A DNA stretch of 63,407 nt, the filler included, from Octopus bimaculoides (lineage: Eukaryota), in the NCBI RefSeq assembly GCF_001194135.2. It is 8 parts of 7 records of this genome, joined end to end, with 100 filler letters (N's around TTAATTAATTAA, not from the genome) between each part and the next. Parts side by side here need not be neighbours in the genome. Positions count along the whole stretch, not along the records: positions 52,236 to 56,635 come from NW_026321466.1; positions 56,736 to 61,459 come from NC_069007.1; positions 61,560 to 63,407 come from NW_026360202.1; 5 more parts are not named here. One strand, 5' to 3'. The notes under the pieces are model-generated. The model saw only the letters and a program-made list of their open reading frames with translations. It did no database searches and was not told the origin of the DNA. A program made the position numbers and the translations under genes. Shown piece after piece: positions 53,301-63,407 of this stretch (position 1 is the stretch's first letter; the number at the start of each line of letters is the position of its first letter).

Positions 53301-54114
53301 AAAATAATATCCCCTCCATGCACAGTGTATTGGGGACTACATTATCTGATGTATCTTCTGTTCACATTGTATCAAGTGCTACATCTCCTAATGCTTTTCG
53401 GTAAAGGTGTATATTGAAGTACATCATCTAGAATATTCTGCACGCATAGCCTATTTAGGTGTTCAAGATTAAAAGTTCCTCTCTGCCGTAGTGTTTGTTG
53501 GATAATGAGTTTATATTTTTTTCAAAACAATAGATTTCGGATGATTTTATTTAACGTGACATTCACATGCATTTTTTCAATTACAACCTAATTCATGGAT
53601 TACACTTTTAAATGCGTCTACTGCATAATTTAGCTAATATTCATAGATGTTTTTAACACCGTATTGGTGCAACACTCTTACCATCTCTCAANNNNNNNNN
53701 NNNNNNNNNNNNNNNNNNNNNNNNNNNNNNNNNNNNNNNNNNNNNNNNNNNNNNNNNNNNNNNNNNNNNNNNNNNNNNNNNNNNNNNNNNNNNNNNNNNN
53801 NNNNNNNNNNNNNNNNNNNNNNNNNNNNNNNNNNNNNNNNNNNNNNNNNNNNNNNNNNNNNNNNNNNNNNNNNNNNNNNNNNNNNNNNNNNNNNNNNNNN
53901 NNNNNNNNNNNNNNNNNNNNNNNNNNNNNNNNNNNNNNNNNNNNGTTTAAATATAGTTTTGCCCGAAATTTGACAATAAGCGACGCGTAAAAGAAAATGT
54001 GATAAAAGGAGTGAAAATCATTAAAAGACTAAGAACAATTAAGAGGAGTAATATTCCATTTAACAAATTCATGATAATTATCTATTTGGTTCCATAATCG
54101 ATATCTTTAAAAGG

Positions 54115-54181
54115 TTAGTTGCATAGGTGCGTTACATTATGTCCTCTCCAGAAAAATCTTGCAAAGCAACCGCAAAGAGCC
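54115..54181 (-). CDS. Terminal exon of the Cys-rich peptide ((R)ALCGCFARFFWRGHNVTHLCN*)
   Basis: Strong acceptor cttactttttag|; phase 2 matches the upstream exon; 3 more Cys, then TAA. Confidence 0.75.
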
Positions 54182-54399
54182 CTAAAAAGTAAGACAAGTG
54201 AATAAATGAGACAATCATGTTTTCAAGAAAGAGTAAAGGCAATGTCAAATATAAATGTTATGTAGTGTGGCTTTTTGTTATGTACGGTGTGTATTATACA
54301 CGAAGTATATTATGTACGGATTGATATGCATTTTGTGCGTGACATATGGAGTGTTAATTGTAGTGTGTGATGTGCGTGTAGTGTGTTATGTGTGGACTG

Positions 54400-54900
54400 A
54401 TCCTAACATGAGGATTCTGTGACACCTTTGACGAAACAATACACCATCTCGTCTCAGGATATCCTGTGCTGACACAAAACGAATACAAAAATCACCACGA
54501 CAGGGTAGGACAGTATTTACATTGAAAAATATGTAAACAGAACAAAATCGGAACTCCTACTTACTGGTATGAACATTACCCGAAGCCAGTCGTTGAAGGT
54601 AAAAAAATATCACTATGCTCTTGGATTTTCCAGTCAACACTGACGGAACGATCCAGGCTAACCGACTGGACATACATATTTAAGACAGGGAAGAAAACAC
54701 TTGTAGACTAACAGATGTAAATATTCCCACTGATAAAAAATATATCCGTAAAGGAATTTGACAAATTAAGTAAGTATAAGTACCTGGAAATAAATGTTGT
54801 AGGTACCCTCGGTATGATATAAAAGAGATGTTACATACATCAAGATAAATTCCGAAGATAAGCATCTCTCAGACAAATCAAGAAAGATTGTGCTGACAAC
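54400..54900 (+). mobile_element. R4/Dong LINE endonuclease remnant inside the peptide gene's last intron
   Basis: ETIHHLVSGYPVL...HHDRVGQYLH, WIFQSTLTERSRLT, GKFDKLSKY-like motifs. Confidence 0.7.
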
Positions 54901-55193
54901 TATTGCCCTAAGAAAAATCCTATCAATTTAAATGTCTGTGCTGTATTAAATTTTGCTACTGCCCCTGCCACTTCTCGTCCCCTGGCTTTCATTTCAACTG
55001 TATCATCTCTTATCCTTCAGTCACCCCAGGACGCTGGGTGTGTCTCGGCACTTTTATTGTAACAAAGAAGCAGACTAAACGCAAAAGATAACAATACTAA
55101 TAATGATAAAAATAATAATATACATTATAAAGAACGATTATGATATCTGTTTTAATGATAACATTAAGGAATATTAAATTTCTTTATACATAC

Positions 55194-55252
55194 CTGCATT
55201 CCGCATTTGGAAAATTTCGACATCGAGCAGTGAGGCATTCATTAGTTACGCA
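55194..55252 (-). CDS. 3' part of a Cys-rich exon (CVTNECLTARCRNFPNAEC-R); 5' part lies in an N gap
   Basis: Open frame from the gap edge to donor |gtatgt at phase 2; 4 Cys in 19 codons. Confidence 0.72.
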
Positions 55253-56512
55253 NNNNNNNNNNNNNNNNNNNNNNNNNNNNNNNNNNNNNNNNNNNNNNNN
55301 NNNNNNNNNNNNNNNNNNNNNNNNNNNNNNNNNNNNNNNNNNNNNNNNNNNNNNNNNNNNNNNNNNNNNNNNNNNNNNNNNNNNNNNNNNNNNNNNNNNN
55401 NNNNNNNNNNNNNNNNNNNNNNNNNNNNNNNNNNNNNNNNNNNNNNNNNNNNNNNNNNNNNNNNNNNNNNNNNNNNNNNNNNNNNNNNNNNNNNNNNNNN
55501 NNNNNNNNNNNNNNNNNNNNNNNNNNNNNNNNNNNNNNNNNNNNNNNNNNNNNNNNNNNNNNNNNNNNNNNNNNNNNNNNNNNNNNNNNNNNNNNNNNNN
55601 NNNNNNNNNNNNNNNNNNNNNNNNNNNNNNNNNNNNNNNNNNNNNNNNNNNNNNNNNNNNNNNNNNNNNNNNNNNNNNNNNNNNNNNNNNNNNNNNNNNN
55701 NNNNNNNNNNNNNNNNNNNNNNNNNNNNNNNNNNNNNNNNNNNNNNNNNNNNNNNNNNNNNNNNNNNNNNNNNNNNNNNNNNNNNNNNNNNNNNNNNNNN
55801 NNNNNNNNNNNNNNNNNNNNNNNNNNNNNNNNNNNNNNNNNNNNNNNNNNNNNNNNNNGCACTAGTGTAATTAACAATTATGAATCCCCTTATACCGCAA
55901 ATAAATATCGACTGCACTTTCCGGCAGGTAGCGACCATGGCTGTGGAGAATACTCTGACGAAGTGCAGAGTTTTGAAGCACTTGTTCAGTTCATTCTTGA
56001 GAGAATAGACTAAAGATGACAAGAAGAGAAACGAGTGATGGAAAATCGCTGAAGACGTCACAGGATGTGTGACGAAAAATTTTAGACAAAGCAATCGAAA
56101 ACGAAAATAATTTTAAAGTTGAAGGGAAGAATGAATATTATAGCTCGTTTGTTAATTTGGCAAGAAAAAAATGAGCATCCCGAAATATTACTATACCTGA
56201 TTTGACATACGACTTCACACGAGGAATATTCCAAAACAAAAGCATTAACATACATACATACATACATACATACATACATACANNNNNNNNNNAAACAAAA
56301 GCATTAACATACATACATACATACATACATACATACATACATGCACACACACACAGACACACATGCGCACTCATATAGACAGAGGTTATGTGTCTGTGTG
56401 TATGGGNNNNNNNNNNCACACATGCGCACTCATATAGACAGAGGTTATGTGTCTGTGTGTATGGGTATGAGCGAGCGTGTCAGTGTATGAGACAGTGTAC
56501 ATTTATACATAC

Positions 56513-56588
56513 CAAATATTATTTTATGTTGAGCGACGACCAAAGCCAGGAAACACATTACTATCATCAAAAAAACAATTCCTTTCAT
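56513..56588 (-). CDS. Exon 1 of a small secreted protein: signal peptide (MKGIVFLMIVMCFLALVVA-QHKIIF-G)
   Basis: ATG with A at -3, Lys then a 15-residue hydrophobic core, V-x-A cleavage site; ends at phase-1 donor |gtatgt (76 nt). Confidence 0.7.
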
Positions 56589-56914
56589 GATGATTCGTTT
56601 GTTGCGTTTGCTTCTATTGGAAATTTCCCACAGCTNNNNNNNNNNNNNNNNNNNNNNNNNNNNNNNNNNNNNNNNNNNNTTAATTAATTAANNNNNNNNN
56701 NNNNNNNNNNNNNNNNNNNNNNNNNNNNNNNNNNNTAATGTTTATAATAATGGCTTCAAATGTTGGCATAAGGTCAGCCAATTACCTTGACCCCAGTGCT
56801 TAACTGGTACTTATTAACCCCGAAACGATGAGATGCAAAGTCGACCTCGGCGGGATTTTAACTTAGAACGTAAAGACGGAAAAAATGCCGCTAAGCATCT
56901 AGCCCGTCGTGGCC

Positions 56915-56959
<45 letters not shown>

Positions 56960-56969
<10 letters not shown>

Positions 56970-57560
56970 AAAAGGAGACACGACAATGTGGTCAGATATG
57001 TCCACTGGCTGTTGTGCGGTAAAGCAAACCTCGAGAGAGCCGAACAATGGTATGAACAGAAGCCAGAAGGAGTAATGGAAAACGAACATTACAAAATACT
57101 CTGAGATTTTAACATACAGTGCGACCAAGTCATAGGAGCGAGACGACCAGATATCGTGCTCGTCCATAAAGATGAAAAAGAAGTAAAGATAACGGATGTC
57201 GCAATACCAGGTGATTCGAGGGTGAAATGTGAGGAAACAGAAAAGAGTGAGAAATACCAGCCACTGCAGGGTGAGATAGGAAAGATATGGGGCATGAGGA
57301 AAGTAATGGTGATACTGGTGGTAATTGGAGCATTGGGAGTAATTTCCAAGGGCTTTGGAAAACATATATAAAGAATATTGGGGCTACTGTCAGGTTTGAG
57401 GTGATCCAGAAGATGGTATTGTTGGGTACAGATCGCATTCTAAGGAGAGTATTGTCTCTTTGAGTCACAGGAGAAGGCAATATTTGAAACCTTTGGTGGT
57501 TTGTTGTTGCCTGCTTTCAAGTAAAGAATAACCGGTAATTAAGAACTATCCGAGAGACTT
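56960..57560 (+). mobile_element. R4/Dong LINE 3' end with (CAA/TAA)n tail
   Basis: ENEHYKIL*DFNIQCDQVIGARRPDIVLVHKDEKEVKITDVAIPGD...VVIGALG. Confidence 0.85.
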
Positions 57561-58267
57561 TCAGAACAACAACAACAACAACAATAATAATAATCCTTTC
57601 TACTGCAAGCACAAGGCCTGAAATTTTGGGGGAGGGATTAAGTCGATTACATCGACCCCGGTATTCCACTGATACTCAATTTATCTACTTCGAAAAGATG
57701 NNNNNNNNNNNNNNNNNNNNNNNNNNNNNNNNNNNNNNNNNNNNNNNNNNNNNNNNNNNNNNNNNNNNNNNNNNNNNNNNNNNNNNNNNNNNNNNNNNNN
57801 NNNNNNNNNNNNNNNNNNNNNNNNNNNNNNNNNNNNNNNNNNNNNNNNNNNNNNNNNNNNNNNNNNNNNNNNNNNNNNNNNNNNNNNNNNNNNNNNNNNN
57901 NNNNNNNNNNNNNNNNNNNNNNNNNNNNNNNNNNNNNNNNNNNNNNNNNNNNNNNNNNNNNNNNNNNNNNNNNNNNNNNNNNNNNNNNNNNNNNNNNNNN
58001 NNNNNNNNNNNNNNNNNNNNNNNNNNNNNNNNNNNNNNNNNNNNNNNNNNNNNNNNNNNNNNNNNNNNNNNNNNNNNNNNNNNNNNNNNNNNNNNNNNNN
58101 NNNNNNNNNNNNNNNNNNNNNNNNNNNNNNNNNNNNNNNNNNNNNNNNNNNNNNNNNNNNNNNNNNNNNNNNNNNNNNNNNNNNNNNNNNNNNNNNNNNN
58201 NNNNNNNNNNNNNNNNNNNNNNNNNNNNNNNNNNNNNNNNNNNNNNNNNNNNNNNNTATGCACTGCT

Positions 58268-58276
58268 CTCTCACTC

Positions 58277-58307
<31 letters not shown>

Positions 58308-58330
58308 GTAATAATAATAACAACAACAAT

Positions 58331-58399
<69 letters not shown>

Positions 58400-58412
58400 A
58401 ATAATAATAATA
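58268..58412. repeat. (AAT)n/(AAC)n microsatellite
   Basis: Seen directly in the sequence. Confidence 0.95.
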
Positions 58413-59222
58413 ATCCCTTCTACTAAAAGCACAAGACCTGAAATTTTGGGGGAGGGGACTAGTCGATTACATTGACCTCAGTGTTACGCTGGTATTTAAT
58501 TTATCGACCCTGAAAGGCTGAAAGGCAGAGTCGACCTCGACGGAATTTGAACTCAGAACGTTAAGACGGACGGGATGCCACGAAGCATTTTACCCAGCAT
58601 GCTTACGATTCTGCGTGATAACCCTTTCTACAGAATGGCTGAAACACGCAACAGATAAAAGACCTCACACAATCTACACTACATGTAGCCGATCCAACAT
58701 AGGCTCTTTGTATGTAGACGCTACATGAATATTCTTTTAAATGCCCAATCATTGTTTGTACACATTCTTCATTCGTCACACAATATGCGCCTTGTTTACT
58801 GTCTGCAGTATACATGTAGTCATGCTATATGTACATTTTCTGCACGGGGAACGCTACATGTGCCTAGCCAATTAGCTGTAGTATACAGGTAGACATACAA
58901 CTTGTGCGATTTCCACATGTAAAACACTACATATACTCTGTCTACTAAATGCAGTACACATGTAGAGATTCAACACGTGCGATTATCACATGTTAAACCC
59001 TCTACATGCACTTAGTTCATTGTCTTATGAGTACATGTTGACACTCTACATGTACATTTTCTACATGAAAATCGTTCGATATGAGCCCTTTCTACCAACT
59101 GCAGTATACATGTTGGTACTCAACATGTGCAATTTCTACAAGTGAAACACTCTACACTCTACATGAGGACTTAGCAACTGCAAATTTGTATGAAATCAAT
59201 AGAAAAAAAAATCTGTACTTAC

Positions 59223-59365
59223 GTTGCAGATGTTCTCTCCATGGGGTTGAAGATCTCCCATGCACAGATGCATGCCGGGTAGAGCACGTGAGAATTTTTT
59301 GCATTGACCATGGACCATTCTATACATGCTGGCTTTCTGCAGCTGTGTTGGATAATGACCATTTT
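59223..59365 (-). CDS. Peptidase S1 exon ending just before GDSGGP ((E)NGHYPTQLQKASMYRMVHGQCKKFSRALPGMHLCMGDLQPHGENICN)
   Basis: catgtag| ... |gtaagt; 143 nt, phase 1 to 0, in frame with 60617-60748. LQ-x-A motif and Cys168/182/191 equivalents; the phase-0 intron before GDS is typical of S1 genes. The GDSGGP exon was not found (probably in a gap). Confidence 0.92.
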
Positions 59366-59869
59366 CTACATGTTCAAGAAAGAATCCATGAATTAATTAA
59401 TTAGTTAAAGGAGGTAAAGGCAATATAGAGCATGTAATTATTATTACATACACACACACATGCATACATACATACATGCATACATACATACATACATACA
59501 TACATACATACGTATGTTTACGTCCCCATAATTTAGCGATTCGGCAAAAGACACCGATATAATTAGAACCAGGCTTAACAAGAAATAAGTCTTGGAATCG
59601 ATTCATTCGACAAAAAATTCTTCAACGTGGTGCCCCAGCATGGCCGCAGACTAATGATTGGAACAAGTAAAAAATGTATATCAGTCTCAATCGACATCGT
59701 CAGCGCAACAGTTGTCCTATCCCATCAACCTACATTCTATTCTCGTACCTTCACTACACACATTAAAAAAATGGCAGTCTGTTTGTCCGCAGAGCAGAAG
59801 CCATCTTAATACGCTTGCTTCTATCTTAACGAGTGTTATCAACATAGCAGCTCTGATTTGTCTTTAAAC

Positions 59870-60029
59870 AGACGTGGTTGTGTAGTAAGAAACGTGCTTC
59901 CTAAGCATATGGTTCCAGGTTCAGTCCCACAGTGTGGCACTTTAGGCAAGTGTCTTATACTATAACCTCGGCCTGATCAAATCCTTGTGAGTGGATTTGG
60001 TAGACGGTATCTTCTGAAAGAAACCAGTC

Positions 60030-60087
<58 letters not shown>

Positions 60088-60275
60088 CTGTTTTTGTCCT
60101 TTCATCACCGCTTGGCAACCGGTGCTGGTCTCCGTAACTTAGCGGCTCAGCAAAAAAGACCGATAGAATAAGTACTAGGCTTAAAAAAATAAGTCCTAGG
60201 GTCGATTTCTTCGACTAAAACCTCTTCAAAACGGAGCTCCAGTATGGCCACAGTCAAATGACTGAAACAAGTAAA
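59870..60275 (+). mobile_element. Family-B SINE in a protease intron
   Basis: Head, internal microsatellite and tail all present. Confidence 0.8.
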
Positions 60276-60616
60276 AGAATAGAAAAATAAAAGTATACAT
60301 ACACGCCCTCACGCACGCACACACACACACATTAAGGAAAAGAGAGTCTGATTGCCTTGACACAAGAGAACAGTTACGGATACCTGCTTCTGCCTCAATG
60401 TGACTCATCAGCACAGCAGTTGTCCTACCATATATTTGCACACACACACACACAAACTTATATACAAAATTACACACAAAATCACTCTCATGCATACACA
60501 CGTTGTCCCTCATTCCCTCTCTCACATATACACACTCTCTCTCACACATACACACTCTCTCTCTCTCACACATATATACACACACATGCTCTTATATTCA
60601 TCGTTCCATATATTAC

Positions 60617-60748
60617 CTCCTGTCTTTCCCCATCCGACAGCGATACAACGGCTGTAGAAGTCATCTGTTTTCTTTGGAATTTCTATGGGTTGAACACATT
60701 TCGATTTTGGCACTGGTTTCTCCAGAGTCAGTATGGCAATGTCGTTAC
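60617..60748 (-). CDS. Peptidase S1 (chymotrypsin-fold) serine protease exon with catalytic Asp102 (NDIAILTLEKPVPKSKCVQPIEIPKKTDDFYSRCIAVGWGKTG)
   Basis: ctctccattag| ... |gtaata; 132 nt, phase 1 to 1. Has the NDIA(L/I)L, PI-x-(L/I)P and C-x3-GWG motifs of family S1. Confidence 0.92.
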
Positions 60749-61559
60749 CTAATGGAGAGAAGAGCATTTGAAGATTTAAGATTTAGTTGAAGTAACATTT
60801 AGAAAAAGGAGACAATAGCCTACAACAAGAACAATACGAGTATGAACGTGTATATTTATATAAGTATGTATGTGTATATGAATATGTATGCATGATGAAA
60901 TAAACAAAAACAAAATAGTTTGAAGAACTTAATCATTGATAAAAGAAAATTTTGGCAGTATGTGATTTTTGTAAGAACTGCCAGAATTGATATCATGAAA
61001 TATCAATTCCATTTGATTCATTTCGATTTTATTTTCCTACTTAATTCATTATGACTAAATCGCATTTTCTGTCAATGAAACCGGTAGCATATTTTGATGA
61101 AAATATAAATATTTTCTTTCGTTTACCAACGATAAGTTTCTCAAAGCATTTCCTTTTTTGTTTTTTAATACAAATTTACTCGTGTGAAATCTAAATCTTT
61201 TCAACACACACAAAGTCACGAACTGGCTTCATGTTTGTGTGTGTGTGTGCATGTGTGTGTGTGTGTGTGCATGTGTGTGTGTGTGTGTGCATGTGTGTGT
61301 GGGTGTGTGCATGTGTGTGTGCATGTGTGTGTGTGTGTGTGCGCGTGAAAATCCACGGGGTAGAAGGAGTACTGTACTGTATATTTTTATTTTCATTTTT
61401 ATAATTTGTATGTATTTATTTTATTATAAATGTAAAATAGCACCACAGAGGAATCAACGNNNNNNNNNNNNNNNNNNNNNNNNNNNNNNNNNNNNNNNNN
61501 NNNTTAATTAATTAANNNNNNNNNNNNNNNNNNNNNNNNNNNNNNNNNNNNNNNNNNNN

Positions 61560-62820
61560 GTCATGTAGCGAGAATGGATGAGGATAGCAGTGTGAAAAAG
61601 TGCCACACCCTAGCTGTTGAGGGAACCTGTGGAAGCAGTAGGCCCAGGAAGACCTGGGATGGGGTGGTGAGGCACGACCTTCGAACATTGGGCCTCACCG
61701 AGGCAATGACTTCTAACCAAGACCTTTGGAAATATGCTGTGCGTGAGAAGACTCGGCAAGCCAAGTGAAACCTAAATCTAAAGCCTCAGCCAGTCCACTT
61801 ATGCGTACCTTCCTTCATTGGACACTAAACTCCACTTGCGAAGACCTGTTGAGGCAAATGAAATCGAAATCGAGTTAAATTTGAAGACTGACTCCCATGC
61901 CAACGTCGTCTCAAGTGAAATCAAAATCGAGTTAAATTCGACGACTGGCACCCATGCCAACGTCGTCTCCTTCATTGGACACGAAATTCAGCTTGCGAAG
62001 ACTTATTGGGGCAAACGAAAGCGAAATCGTGATGGCACCTGTGCCCAGCGTCGCCTTTCTGGCACTTGTGCCTGCGGCATGTGTAAAGACTTTCGAGAGA
62101 GATTGTTGCCAGTGCCCCTGGACTAGCTCTTGTTCGGGTGGCACATAAAATACACCATTTTGTGCATGGCTGTTTCCAGTACCGTCTGACTGGCCTTTGT
62201 GCAGAGGGAACGTAAAAGCACCCACTACACTCTGTGAGTGGTTGGTGTATGGATAGGCATCCAGCTGTAGAAACTGTGCCAATTGGAAATATGCAGTGTG
62301 TGAAAAGACCCGGCAAGCCAAGTGAGACCTAAATCTAAGGCCTCAGCCAGTCCACTTATGCGTACCTTCCTTCATTGGACACTAAACTCCACTTGCGAAG
62401 ACCTGTTGAGGCAAGTGAAATCGAAATTGAGTTAAATTCGATGACTGGCACCCATGCCAACGTCGTCTCCTTCATTGGACACAAAACTCAGCTTGTGAAG
62501 ACTTATTGGAGCAAGCAAAAGTGAAATCGTGATGGCACCTGTGACCAGCGTCGCCTTTCTGGCATTTGTGCCCGCGGCATGTGTAAGGACTTTCAAGAGA
62601 CATCGTTGCCAGTACCCCTGGACTGGCTCTTGTGCGGGTGGCACATAAAAGCACCCACTACACTCTCTGAGTGGTTGGTGTTAGGAAGGGCATCCAGCTG
62701 TAGAAATTCTGCCAAATCAGATTGGAGCCTGGTGTAGCCATCTGGTTTCACCAGTCCTCAGTCAAATCGTCCAACCCATGCTAGCATGGAAAGCGGAAGT
62801 TAAACGACAATGATGATGAT
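61560..62820 (+). mobile_element. RTE LINE 3' end with tandemly duplicated 3' UTR
   Basis: HVARMDEDSSVKKCHTLAVEG...RPRKTWD...KTRQAK*. The UTR block occurs at about 61730-62290 and again at about 62290-62820, ending in a GAT tail. Confidence 0.9.
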
Positions 62821-63060
62821 GATATGGAAATATATATATCTATAACTATAGTATAGCTGAGTTTGTGTGTGTGTGTGTTGCATCTATAGAAATTCACATT
62901 TTCCACTTTTTCGTAAAAATTTTTACATCAACGGAATTTTCTCGGTATGAACTTTCCAGTGCAGTAATTAGCAACTTTTATATTTCTTCCCTTCTACCTA
63001 GAACAGCGTTCTTACACATGCGCTCAACATATAATATAGAGAGTAAGAGTAAAAGAGGGA

Positions 63061-63106
<46 letters not shown>

Positions 63107-63407
63107 AAGTGATACATACAAAGTCATAGATTAAACTTTCCTCTCAGTATTCTTTACCTATTTTTCATAACATTGATACGTAAAAACATACACAACCACA
63201 CATACGTGATCTGTAACAACAACATACAAATTGCTCTCGTTCTCTATTCCTTTCTCTCCCTCTTCCTCTCTCGCTCTCTCAAACGCATACACGTGCAAGT
63301 AAACACAATCATTCACAAAAATATATCTCATGTTCGTCAATGTGGCATAACTACAGTGTTGTACCCACCGACTTTGGAAGGTCATAACTTTCAGAAAAAT
63401 GAATATT

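Noticed and set aside
54136-54195. Plus-strand 37-nt micro-exon candidate (ctctccag...gtaaga)
   Set aside because: It is the antisense of the much better supported terminal exon of the Cys-rich peptide gene.
8948-58426. Long ORFs in the track made of X, or of poly-I/N/Y/H/VC/THTH
   Set aside because: They run through N gaps or microsatellites and have no coding signal.
23859-61515. TTAATTAATTAA repeated seven times at gap centres (could look like a regular array or homeodomain sites)
   Set aside because: Always centred in about 100-bp N blocks and has stops in all six frames: an assembly linker, not biology.
1-63407. CRISPR arrays, rRNA genes, prokaryotic operons
   Set aside because: None seen; the sequence is intron-containing eukaryotic DNA.

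Overview
AT-rich, microsatellite-dense eukaryotic DNA. The SINE and RTE/Dong LINE families make it most likely an octopus or other coleoid cephalopod (inference from the repeats, not verified). It has many N gaps, including seven artificial 100-bp joins (44N-TTAATTAATTAA-44N), so contig order across them is uncertain. Three minus-strand protein-coding genes can be read by hand from splice sites and frame continuity. (1) Five internal exons of glutathione S-transferase kappa (GSTK1, 4447-21029); the first and last exons are not visible. (2) Two consecutive exons of a peptidase S1 serine protease (59223-60748) with an unusual Asn at specificity position 189. (3) A three-exon gene for a small secreted Cys-rich peptide (54115-56588), which the ORF track does not capture as a gene, with a kappaB-like site just upstream of its ATG. 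A motif-dense, apparently bidirectional promoter sits at about 22140-22335. The rest is transposon debris (RTE, RTE-X, R4/Dong, CR1/L2, Gypsy pol, a solo LTR, mariner/Tc1, MITEs, SINEs) plus several long inverted repeats, including a spacer-free 356-bp palindrome. The best candidate for an undescribed system is the secreted Cys-rich peptide next to the S1 protease (possible salivary/venom or immune cassette).
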